Shown one piece after another: positions 13,975 through 26,371 of a DNA stretch of 64,000 nucleotides. Under the pieces are notes generated by a model. It saw only the letters and a program-made list of their open reading frames with translations. It was not told where the DNA came from and ran no database searches. Source of the stretch: Camelus dromedarius. Lineage: Eukaryota. The position numbers and the translations under genes were made by a program. Numbering within the stretch: position 1 is the first letter of the stretch; each line of letters begins with the position of its first letter. The stretch is from assembly GCF_036321535.1 (NCBI RefSeq), contig NC_087437.1:79424001-79488000 (forward strand), read 5' to 3'.

Positions 13975-14250
13975 AAAAGAGAAGCAAAGTAGTTAAGAAA
14001 AGGAATTGTGGGACCAGACTGCCTGGGTTTTAAGCCCAACTCTGCTACTTACAAAACTGGATGACCTTAGATATGTTACTTAAATTTTTTTACATCTAAA
14101 CTTTACAAAAACTAAAGCAGAGATAATAGTAGCTTTATTACTATTCATAGTAATTTGAGTAGAAATAAAGGGCCTTGTGAGGATTCTGTGTTAATATACA
14201 TAAAATGCTTAGATAATTTTGTGATGCTTGGTGCTATACAAAACTAAGCT
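13975..14250 (+). mobile_element. MIR SINE
   Basis: ccagactgcctgggtttt...gaccttagatatgttacttaa...ttgtgaggatt, the MIR core pattern. Confidence 0.7.
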
Positions 14251-14568
14251 ACAATTATTTAATGCCTGGATATTATATTTTATGCATATCAACCAATTTG
14301 TTTCATTAATTGCTAAAGTTATTTTTCCAATATTTTATAAAAAAATTTGATGAATATCTTTCTATAAACTATATAACTACTTTAAAAATAATTTTGAGGA
14401 CATTTACATATGTTAAATGATGGGACCAAATGCAGTATTTGAAGACATTTGTACATATTGATAGAGTCCCTCCTCCACTACTGAATGACATATTTAAGTA
14501 TCATATTGTTAATTTGACTTTTTTTAAACACGCAAAATATAATATATATTTATGTGCTTTAAACCTCT

Positions 14569-15000
14569 TGTGGTTTGCATTGTTTTCCCACCAATTCATA
14601 TGGTAAAATTCTAATCCCCCCAAACCTCCTAATGTGATCTTATTTGGAAATAGGGCCATCGCTATGTACTTAGGTTAGGATGAGGTCATACTGACTGGAG
14701 TAGGGTGGGACCCTAATCTAAAAATAAACAACTGGTGTCCTTAGACAAATAGGGAATTTGAATACAGACACACAGACAGGGAGCACTCAAGATGCAGATG
14801 AAGGCAGAGATCAGAGTGAGGGAGTAAAAGCCAAGAACAGAAGACTGTCGTCATGCCAGGAGAGAGGCATGGAACAGATCTCTCCCTCCCAGTCCGCAGA
14901 AGGAATGTTAGCCTCCAGAACTATGAGACATTAGTTTTCTGTTGCTCTAGACCCCCCTTCTTGTGGTACTTTGCTGCGGCATTTCTAATAACCTCACGTA
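14569..15000 (+). mobile_element. MLT1-type (MLT1B/C-like) MaLR solo LTR
   Basis: aatgtgatcttatttggaaatagggcc, gatgaggtcatactg, gcctccagaactatgagaca, ttgtggtactttg are typical MLT1 motifs. Confidence 0.85.
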
Positions 15001-17866
15001 CTATCTATTGGTATTTCGTCTTCAGTAATGAGCTGTGTGAGTTCTTTACCCATGTGCACTTTTCTTTTCTATTTGATGTGCTCTTGGGCACAGTAGCCTG
15101 TGGTGGTCTTTTGTCGAATGGGTTCACTGGCACCTACAACGGGGATGGTTTTTGTCCTCTCCCTCTTTTTGATTTTCTGGGTTAACATTATTATTAAACT
15201 GTTGTTTTAGTGGCTGTTTAAAACAAAATAGGCAATGTTACCTGGGAGGGCTGGAGTTTTCCTTTCTCCCTTGTGATTTTTAAACACTGTTCTGACATAT
15301 TTCTATTTCCCTAGTTTTCTTCTCACTGTGTTGTTTTGAATCAGACAACGTGTTTCAAAGTTGGTTAAATATTTAGTCTGGGGTATTTACATGGTCAAGG
15401 AAAACCAGACATTGTCTCCAGAGGGGGGATATCATAAGTATCAAAAGTAAAGCAGAAATTGTTTTATTACATTAATTCACACATATGTCAACCTAATTTC
15501 ATGTTCCTGTTACAGTTGGATAGTAGTGACAACTATATATCTATTTAAAGTGAAATTACAATACAGTTTGAGTGACAGTAAATAGCAGTGGTTAAGAAAT
15601 AGAACATCTATTTACATCTTTGTACTGCACAGAAATTTAAGTTAATTGCAAACTTATAAAATTGTTGTTTTTCCTGAAGTATTTGAACATTGTATGCCAG
15701 CCCGTTCCCTTTTCACGTATCTTTCAGCTATGTAACTGATATGAGACTTAAAGCTAATCATTCCATCTATTTAGTGATTTAGTTGTCTGAAATGGTGGGT
15801 TGTTACTTCTTCTCGTTAAGAGCATTTGCTGTTGGGCTTCAGTTAGGAGAAGTGACAGAATTTGTGATTTACTTAATGGATAAAACAGTCTTATCATTTT
15901 CACAATTTCCTGCATCTTGTAAGGGTAATCCTGCTTCCTGTTGAAAATTAGCTACAAAGGATTTGATTAAGAGTAGGCTTATTGTGATGGGTGTATGTGT
16001 TATAAAATTTGCATGTCCTTTATTTCAAGTGATTAATTATGTAAAACATGAAGTGTAAGGTAAATCTTGTTTGAAAAATGTACTTAAGGCTAAGTTTGGA
16101 TTTTCAGGATTTTTCTTTAAAAAATTCAAATAATGAAGTAAATTGACCAAATAGTAAACATTCAAATGCTTGATATACAATGTATAGTTATGTTTTCAGC
16201 AACAGCTCAAATCAAAGATCAATCAATTTTAGCTGACAAAAGTGATGACTTTACAAAAATTACATACAGGGATGCTTATTTATTAAATATGTGCTCTGAT
16301 AAAAATTCTGCAAGTCAACATTTCAACAGAATATTTCTTTTCTCTGGCATGGAGACCCAATTTTTTTTTCTGAAGGCCACAGTTTTTCAGCTTGATACGA
16401 TCTAATGAAACCCAGCTTTTTCTCTCTGTCTCTAATAAAAACTATATCCATTCCATATATAGTGATATATTATGTTCAGTATAAGATCTGAAAGGACAAA
16501 ATGTACACCATCAAAAAGTCAATGAACCAAATTGGTTTATGTAGCTGCTCCAAACCAATTTTACTAGAAAACTTCAGACCATATTGTATGGTGATTTTTT
16601 TCTGGTTTGTGATTTCTATCCTTTGGTTTTATTACATTTTCCATTTTGGCTTCTCTTTTTACATCCTCACAAAGATATTTAGATGGACTTTCATGACTTT
16701 AATAATAGGTGTAAAGAACAGGGTTTGAATTAATTTTTCTTTAGTTCTGAAAGAACCTTTTGTTTCCCCATCCATTGTATTATCATAACTGGTTAAATTT
16801 CCTAGGCCCCTTCATTCTTTCACTAAGATATAAGTAAGATGCTTCTGTCACTCCAATCATCAACGCATTGGCTTTATGCAATAATAATCTTAATGGTTCC
16901 AAGCAAAGGAATGTCCAATAATAAAAGTATCCTGGGGCCTTTTCATTCCATTTCTCAGTATAAAAAAATCAAGGGGAACACTGCTATAGTTACTGATGGT
17001 TTAGGGAATATGTTGGTTACAGGATCATTTTGATATTTGAAACATACTGTTATAATTTAAGAGTTAGTGAGATTCTGGAGCCCAGACTTAAGGAGTCTCC
17101 CTTTGTTCTGATTGCAGCTAATGGGCAAAGTAGTAGGCTACTTTTACATTCAAAATATGTGCCTTCTTTGGGACTAAACCAGATTTTAAATGTATTTCAT
17201 GATAATTTGCATACCAAGTAAAACATCCAATGATGGATAATTCAATGGCTCCATTGTCTAGGAGAAACCGAGCTGTAAACAGAATGAGAACCATTTCTGT
17301 AAGGGCATAACTTTGGCCATTGCAGGCAGGGAGTGGTCCAAAATGCAATCTACCTTCCAGTAATAAATAAGGCCAGTACCTCTAGACACAATAGTACACC
17401 AAAGGATAAGAGCCAGTGTGTTGTGCTGTCATACATCATAAGGGATCCAGTAATATGGAAATGACTACGGCAATATCCTGGGCCCATTCTCATGTAAAGA
17501 TATCATGATTTCATTTCTGGCTGCTCTGTTATTCGTAGTTACCAGCCTCGAGAATGTCTCATCTGTCCGTGAATTTGCATTTTTTCCAAATCGAATCCTT
17601 GCTAGTTATTATTCATATGGGAATTAAAATTTTGATCTTTTTTTTAGATGTCAGACAACTGAATTGTATATTCAATGAAAATTACAGGTTCCATTAAAAA
17701 CCCATACATCATTAAGATGACAGTGGCCATACAGTCAGTTAAACCACTTACCAAAGCCAAAGAAGAAGCTGGATAAAATTGTGTTTTCCTGTAACTCTAG
17801 GGCTCCCCAAAAGTGCTGTACATGTTCAGTTTTATGCAGCTCTGTGGGGTGAAGCCCCATTACCTC

Positions 17867-18228
17867 TGTTAAAAAGAGAAACTGAGGCACATTAAAATTT
17901 TTAAGACTTTATTTAGACAAACATCAATTCCAATTGGGCAGTGTCAAACCGGGAGTGGTTAGGAACACTCTGTTGACAGGAGGGAGGGGAGAGGCATTTA
18001 TAGAGCAGACATAAAGTGAAGACATTATTTGATTGGCTGTAGCTTAAGTGGTTGCCTCGTTTGGGAAAGCCTGGTTAGCTGTTTGTATTGATGGTTCTTA
18101 AATTTCACTTTGTGGGATATAAGAGTGCATTTAGAGGAACTGACTCTGGCTCAGGTTCTCGTTTGCTGACCTAGGCTCCCAAGACATCAGTGCCTCCTCG
18201 GTCCCACGGCCCCCTTGTTTAATTAACA
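17867..18228 (-). mobile_element. ERV1-class solo LTR
   Basis: tgtt...aaca termini; tttatt (antisense polyA signal) near the left end; tttatag and gattgg (antisense TATA/CCAAT) further right; flanks acctc/atctc form a 4/5 TSD. Confidence 0.75.
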
Positions 18229-18579
18229 ATCTCACTAGCAGTATTTTCTCTGATGCCAGGGTGGTTTCAGAGAAAACTGAGTGGCGTCCACCCATTTCTG
18301 TCAATAGAAATAATGGTGCTGGAGACTCCTGTAATTAAAGTGTGTGGGAAGTCGGGCTGCCTAACAGAAGGTGAATTTTCAGATGCCAAATGGCCTCTTG
18401 GTGTCTAAAATACACTCATTTCAAACATCTACCATGATTGGCATGATTGATCAGTTTTAGTTTGGTATTTAAATAAATTTAGTGATCACCATCAGCCATT
18501 TTATCACATCTCTATTACTAAATTGCTTCTTTTGATGTGTCTATTCACTCTGTTATATTTTTTGGCAGTTTCCCAGGAG

Positions 18580-19330
18580 AGAATCACGAGTACTCTATTC
18601 CCTGGGTTTTTTTGCATATAGGAAAATATATGTATTTATTTTTTGCTTTATACTTGAAAAACTACTTGGAATACAATTCTTGAAACACATCTTCGTCAGA
18701 CCTTGGCAGGGAGCACTCCACCTTCTTCTGCATTGATGTGGTGAAGCCTGAGGTCATCTTGAGTTTTCCTTCTCCATGGCTCCTTTTTTGCTGTAAATAT
18801 AACTTTTTATTCATCCTAAAAATACAGTAAATTTGTCCTGACATGTGCTTAGGTTAATCATTCTGCATTATTTTATTCTCGCATACTCTGTGCCCTTTCT
18901 GTACATAAGTCCACTCTTTTTTCCTTTCAGAAAAGTTTTATTCTATTCTATTTGGGATTTTTTCCCCCTGTTCTTTTTGTTTTCTTCAGAATCAGCCAAG
19001 GTTGGTGACATCACTTTCGTCTGTCTTCCATACACATCATCTTCTTTATAATTACTTTGTAATGACTGTTCTTTACCATTTCATCCTCTGTGATTTAGGT
19101 AAGCCTAGCCTCTCCCATGCCGTTTGTTTTGTTCCCACTCTTTTTTTCTATTTTCATTGCTTTAATGACTTTCATCACTATAATGTTTTTCTCTTTTATT
19201 TTGTCCCAAATACACTAGTTCACTTTAAGGCCCCTGTTGTCTTACAGATTCTTTTATGAACTTTCAGACTTTCTTTAGAGATAGCATGTTGCTTGTGATT
19301 TCTTGGAGGCTAGGTTGATATGCTTATCTA
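18580..19330 (-). mobile_element. Very old L1M/HAL1 ORF1-region fragment
   Basis: T-rich degenerate sequence with cttggaatacaattcttg...cactccaccttcttctgcattgatgtggtgaagcctgaggtcatcttg, like antisense ancient ORF1 ends. Confidence 0.55.
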
Positions 19331-19849
19331 ATGTCTCCCTCCATTTTCTGAGTCATTTCTCTGATGACTCATCCTTTGCTTGTGTTATTTTATCCCTTTA
19401 TCTGGTAGTATGTAGGCAAGGGTTTCTTTCTTGTCCTTACTCATATAGAATGGGACAAAATAATTATTTGCTGAAGAAATGTTTGCAGAAGGGTGAAGAC
19501 ATGAGTTGGTGTAGTCCGCAGATTTAATTCTGACTTTTTTAATGCTCTCTAAAAATCTTTTCCTTTTTCTCTGTTTCTTGCCTTCATCTTTGGTACTCAG
19601 AGTTTGGCATGGCTCACGGCAAAGCGCTTTTGTGCTTTCCATTGCTATGTAGCTGCTGCAGGGTGATACATAACACTGCTCACTCCACTGGGTACAGCAA
19701 TTACATAGTAAGCTAGAAAACACAACTTTTTATTTACATTTAATTTTTACCTGCACAACAAGAAATTGCACTTTCTACTGTTTAATTAGTACATTCATAC
19801 TGCCTTTCTCAATTGGTCGGAGTGTCAGATGGTCATGCAGCCTACATGG

Positions 19850-20380
19850 TATTCAAGGTCTTCGGAGCACGTTTCCTAACGACATGGCAAAGCCGGAGTC
19901 ACGACAGCGGCCTGCGAGGCCCTTCATCATCCCTCCCCATGGCCCTCTGGTCTTGCTTCCTGCTCCTCCAGCTGCAGCCGTGCTGCCCTTCTGTGTTTGA
20001 GAAACATGCACAACACCCCTCTCACTGAGGCGTCTTCTGTTCCTTCCTTTCTCAGCTGTTCACAAGGTTCACTCTTTAATCTCTTTCAGATCTTTACTTA
20101 AGTGTTATTTTCTCAGGGAAGTCTTCCCTGACTTCGTTTTACAAAGCTGCTACACACCATCTCTCACTCGTGCCCACACCACAAGGCATACCTTTCCTTT
20201 CTCATTCTCCTGGTTGTATCTTTCTTCATAGACTTAAGTTCTTTTAACACATTATACATTGTATTTTTTATTTTCTAATGATCTGATTCTGCCCAGTAGA
20301 ATTCATGATGTTTCAGTGTGTCTAAATATGTTTTGGGATCTAACGGTCACCCAAGAAATACTTCTGAATATTCATTGATT
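19850..20380 (+). mobile_element. L2 LINE 3' region
   Basis: Pyrimidine-rich L2-like motifs: tctttcagatctttacttaagtgttattttctcagggaagtcttccctgac. Confidence 0.6.
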
Positions 20381-20869
20381 AATTTTCAGCATATTGTTGT
20401 ATATCACTGTTCATGAGTGCTAATGAATTGAATTCACATATTCTATTTAAACTAAATTCACTTATACCAAGTAGACTTAGATCTCTTCAAAACTACTAAA
20501 GTTAAAGATAATGCTAATGTTGGAAAGATAAAAATCATGGTTAAAATTTCTCTTATCTCAAGAGTAACATTTTTACTGGCCTTATTATAAGGGAATATCA
20601 GCAATAAATCAATTAAATCTGATAAAATGATAACAGCCCATATTATCCAGATGACTAATTGAAACAGAACTTATACATAGTATCTTCAACAGAATATCAT
20701 GACCTGTACTGTCCATTGAGTTTTCATTGTAAAGAGAACATGTAGGAAGTGCTGGTAAGAAAGATAGATACATGGTGGGGAAAATTAACAAGCACTGACT
20801 TGCACTGTTATGCAGATTTTGGTAGCAGATCATCAGCAGGACTTGTAAATGTGCTTTCTGTACAAAATC

Positions 20870-21115
20870 CTGATGACAACAATAGTACTATAATAATAAT
20901 AACAGCAGCAGCAACAATCAGCACGGCTATGTGTGGGACAAAGTAGTGACATTTTACATGCATCCCTGTTGTACATGCATTCCTATCGTAAAGAGGAGGA
21001 AATTAAAATGAAGGGAAGTGAAAGCACTTATTCAAATTCACGTGCTTAGCAAATAGTAAAGGCAAAACTTAAGCTCTGGGAATTCTGTTTACAAAGCCGG
21101 TACTTTTAAACACTT
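20870..21115 (-). mobile_element. MIR SINE
   Basis: gaggaaattaaaatgaagggaagtgaaagcacttattcaaattcacgtgcttagcaaatagtaaag, antisense MIR core. Confidence 0.6.
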
Positions 21116-23180
21116 GAATTTTACGAAATTAATAGTAGTGAAGACTAGATTCATCCATATTAATATACATGTATTCATAGATGGCAGTACTCAATAAATT
21201 ATTAAATGAAGAAAATAAATTATTTAAAAGGTGATTTTCTGATGGCAGACATGTCCTTCTAATAGTTAAGTATATCTAAAATGAGCAGACATTTTACTAG
21301 TGTTTTTTATGTCTAGTCAGGGCGACAAAAATGTAGTCTGCGTTCTTCATCTGTTGTTGGCAAACACATTCTATGAAAGGCCTTTTGGTCAAATGTTACT
21401 AGATCAGTCCTGCAAAATACTTTATCAGCCACTGCACACATCTATATAACTATCATCATATTTGCAAATTTTTGTTAAATGTGCTCCAAATAATTGCCAA
21501 CATTTCTTCTCAGAATGATTTATTGGTTTTCTGTTTCTGTTTTCAGTATCTTGATTTGAAGAAAAAGCTCATGACAAGATACCAGTATCTACTGCCAAGT
21601 GCTGGATTTTAAAAATGTGTTTTAACCTGGAGAAACAAGCTCCTTAGGACTTCTCAAGCCCTCACAGTGTCACTTACAAGGTATGTCCACGTACCCTCTT
21701 TCCCAACTCATCTCTTAGAGCTTCCCGCTCGTCCTTGTATCACGCAATATCAAATGATTTTATTCCACCTGTGTCATACTATTATATTTCGCTGTGGATT
21801 TTTATATTTTTCTCCCATAAATGCCTTTACAACCAATTCTAAGAGGCAAATTCCTTTTTCTACACAGATATCTTACTCCTACAACCAGAAGTATAGCCTG
21901 CCCCCGTACTGCCTTGAAAATCTATACATATTTCTATCATTACAATCATTATATTATTAAACTTTTTGAGAACAGGAGTAACATCTGACCGCTTTGCTTC
22001 CCTAGTGTCTAACATAATACTTGAGAAGGACTAGGCACTTGATAAATATTTATTAAATTAAAATTCAATTTCTATAGCCTTATAATTTTTTATAGTGAAA
22101 TCTTCCTCTTTCAGGACATTTATATTGGAGGAAAACTTTGTCACTGTGGAGTTGGACAAGCCGTTACTGATAAATTAATATGTGTTTTTACTTTATCACA
22201 GTCCAATTTTTGGTAATTGGATTTTGAAAATAACAAATACAAGCAAAGCAGAAAAATAATTTTATTTTTAATATTCTTTTTCATGCCTCTATGGGCAAAA
22301 CAATAAGATTGAGTCATAGCTTTCAATAATGTTTTCATTAGGAAAAATAACAATTTTATTGGGATTTATAATGACCTGTAACAATGCAACTGAATTAGAT
22401 TTATTATAGTTCATTGCTACATTTTTCTAGCAACATTTATGTTCATTTTGAAAGCAAAAATGCAATTTTGGTAAAGGAAAATGCTAGTGTGATATGTCAA
22501 CCTCCTTTTAAATTCTATAGAACATTTAGTCACAAAATGAAAATATCAGAAGCATTAGTCAATCAACTGAGGTAAAACTAAAAGCGCTAGTATTTTTCTC
22601 ATGAGTAAATGACTACAGACACATTGTTTCTCGTGTGATGCTGTTAATCAGAATCCAATTTTACAAGAAACAATTGCTCAGTAATTATCAAGGTTATCTA
22701 CCTAATGAGTGGGTTTGATTATTTTGACCAGTTTAACTCACTTCGAGTTTAATTTCCATCCAAAGTAGTTTACTGGACATTAAAGTGAATTCAGAGACGA
22801 GTAAGGCACATTTCTAATCCTCAATGTGACTATAATATAAGAGCACAAGAAAATTCAAAAGCACGTGTTAGTAAAAAAAAAAATTTTAGAAATATGGAGT
22901 AAGGTTAGGAATTATTAAAACTAAAAATATAAGTAAGTGTTAAGGTTAAAGGATACTAATACTATAAAATATACAGTATCAATAATGTTATAAATTATAT
23001 AGTATTGTATATTAATGTAAAATATATTTATAAAGTATATTCATCATCTAGTAAACAATTAAAATTCAAACACATTATTCATTTCATCTATAAATATTCG
23101 AATAGGCTGCATTAATTCATTAGTAACTGTATTCACTTAGTTTTTATGATCATAGGTGATAAAGATTTTTACTACTTCAG

Positions 23181-25975
23181 TATCCTTTTGACTTGTGGTT
23201 ATCCTATTTTTCAAGTATGTTAACCCATTGCTATATCTATTTGCTTTAGACTTGTAATCATATAGGCTCAAAGACATCCTAAAAAGAATGAAAAAAGTCT
23301 GTATTTTCTTGCTTCCCTCTCCCACATTTTGTGATTTTGATGTCCTCCTTTACATCTTTGTGTTTCTTCTTTTGCTGTTCATTCTAGTTATCACATATCC
23401 AATTGTAGTTTTCTCTTCTCTGTAGATTCCTGCTTTTCTATTTGGAGAAGACCTTTTAATATTTCTTTCCGGATAGGTTTAATATTGCTGTATTCTTTTA
23501 GTTTTTGCTTGTCTGAGAAATTCTTTATCTCTCCTCCTATTCTAAATGATAGTCTTGCTGGGTAGAGCATCTGAGGTTGCAGGTTTTTCTCTTTCAGGAC
23601 TTTGAATGTATCTTGCTACTCCCTTCTGGCCTGCAGTGCTTCTGCAGAGAAATCAGATGATAGCCTTATAGGGGTTCCCTTGTAACTTTTTGTTTTTCTT
23701 TTGCTGCCTTTAGAATCTTTTCTTTATCTTTACATTTGGTCATCTTAATTATAAAATGTCACAGTGCAGGTCTGTTTGTGTTCATCTTGTTTAGGACCCT
23801 CTGTGCTTCCTGTACTTGGATATCTGTTTCCTTCTTTAGGTTTGGGATGTTTTCAGTCATAATTTCTTTAAATATGTTTTAGATTCCCCATTTCTCTTTC
23901 TTCTCCTTCTGGGACCCCTAATATGTGTATATTATCCTGTAGGTCCTTTATATTACTCTCTTTTGTTAAAATTTGTTTTTCTTTCTGCTGTTCTGATGGA
24001 GTTATTTCCATTATTCTATCATCTAAATCACTTATTTGTTCTTCTGCATTATTTAATCTGCTATTAATTGCCTTTAGCTCAGCTTTTATCTTAGCAACTG
24101 AGTTTTCTGATTTTACTGGCTCCTCTTTACAGTTTCTATTTCTTTTTTACAGTATTCTTCATTTCTGTTAATAACCTCTCTTATTCCCATCAGCACTTAC
24201 ATCGTCTCCTCTTTGAACTCAAGTTCTGGTAGACTGTCAAGGTTTATTTCATTGTTCATTCTTTCAGGGGACTTCTCTTACTCTTTTAATTGGGAGCAGT
24301 TCCTCAGCTTCTTCATTTTTCTTATTTCTCAGACTTTATGAATTTAGGAGTAACAGTTACCTACTGTGGTCTTTAGGGGTGGTTTTTACGTGGGAGCGTT
24401 CCTGTGTGTGTCTAGTATTTTTGTTGTGAGGGCTGTTTTTAGTACAGATGGCTGCCACCTTTTTCCTCCATGTGTGCTGGCTGTTAGTCTCTTGATTGGG
24501 AGTGTTGTGGTGACCAAAGCCTGCACCGGACATTGAGCAGGGCCTCCTTCTTGTTCTGTGTTTGTCACAGCCCTGTCCGGGGCCAGATCTGCTCCCCTGG
24601 TGTTAGAGTAGACGTTTCCAGGTCTGTTTGCAAGCTGTGGTACGTGGTAGGCAGGACTGCAGCACTTTTACTGGGAGAAGAGCCACTGAGTATTCCTCCA
24701 TAGCAGATGTCCACCAGAAAATGCGTTCTGTGGTATTGCCTATCACTAATTGTGTAGGCTTACAAAGTACACTTTTTTGATGCTGCCTTGTCTCCACCTC
24801 AGCTGTGGTAATGCTGACAGGCTCTGGTGTCCCTTAGGCTCTGTGTTCACAAAGTCGCGAGTGCAGATCCATTGATGTCAGGCATCAGGACCTGGTGTAG
24901 TGCGTGTGTAGTCGCACACCTGGATCCACCGTGGACTACAGAGTCAACCCAGACCCCAGTCCTGCCTCTGCATATGCACACCAGCTGTTACCACCAGATC
25001 TGCCCCTGCCAGGCACCAATATTCTGCTTCGATGTCCCAGAGGCACTGAGCTTACAAAGGCACCAGCAGAGTAAATCTGCCACAGCTGCCAGGGGCTCAA
25101 CTCAAATTTCTATCCCACCTGCAAATTTGTGTGACCCCTGGGAATGAGTTCAGGTTTCAGCCCTGCCTCTGTTTGGGAGCTGCCCACTAGCTACTGTGCC
25201 CCTTCAGAGCAAGTGGAGAAGACTGCTATGTCTGGACCCCACCCATTCCTTCCCAAGAATGTGTTAACAATGGGGCAGCCAAGTAATGCCCTGTAGGCTG
25301 GCAGAGAAGGCTGCTATGGCCGGGCAACATTACACCCATCCCTCCGTGAGAACACCTTAACAGTGGTGAGGTGAGCAATGCCCTCTGGGCTAGGGGAGAA
25401 GGCTGCTATGGCTGGCTGCATTGCGACCCTCACCAGCTTGAGTATCAGCAGTGGAGTTTTCTATGGTAGACCCAGGCTCTTTCGCACATATTCCCAGCCT
25501 CAGCCTGCACCACACTCCAGCCCCCTGTGGCTGCGTCTAAGTGGTCAACCCCAATCCTCTCTCTGAAGCCTGAGCTCCAGCACCTAGTCCCGGCTCACAT
25601 CTCAGTCTAGGGATCGCACAGACCTCTGTGCTGGTTTCTCTGCATTCGGTCTACCAAGTGGCTGCTGCTGTCTCCTCCAAGCGTAAAGCTCCCCTTCTTT
25701 CCCAGCTGGACAGGGGGCTTCCCAGGTGAGGGTGTTTTTCCTCATTTGCTGCTTCTCCCCAGGGGGCATGTCCTGCCCTGAATTCCTTTTTCTTTTTCTT
25801 TTTTTCTCCTACTGAGTTTTGGTAAGATTCTCCTTATAGTTCTAATTGTACAAGATCTTCTGCCAAAGTTTGGTAGGTATCCTGTGAGAATAATTCCACA
25901 TGCAGATTATTTCTGATGTATTCATGGGAGAGGGTGAGCTCTGCATCCTTCTATTCTGCCATCTTGAAGCTCCCC
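23181..25975 (-). mobile_element. L1 5' part (5' UTR, decayed ORF1 about 24316-23430, inter-ORF spacer); no ORF2 or 3' end
   Basis: Minus strand begins ggggagcttcaagatggcagaatagaagg (YY1-type aagatggc). GC-rich UTR 24400-25975. ORF1 start reads MKKLRNCSQLKE*EKS, homologous to MKKHRNHSQLKDQEKS at 54119. Confidence 0.9.
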
Positions 25976-26371
25976 AATTTCTTAAAGTGTTTCATGACTC
26001 TAGTACCATATGTGATCCTAGATGGTAAGACTGACAACATTATTAAAAACAGTTACATATCTAATTTGATGCTTAACTTGAAAATTACAATTGCTGAAAA
26101 AAAATAATGATTTGCCAGATATTATTTAGATCCAGGATAAATAATCCATCTGAGGTTTTATTTTTGCTTTATTTTTGTTTTAGTGCATTTATTTAGCAAA
26201 AACTATGAAATAAGTAATACTAATGGTCACATATGCCACAAATCCTGAAGGTAGGATGCAAATAACTAAAATACGTCAAATTTTCTTTTAAAGGAATCCT
26301 AAGCATATTAGATAGAGGTAGCCTCAAACATCTGTAGTTTTTAGCTGCCTTATTAAATTTCAACAAGAAGA

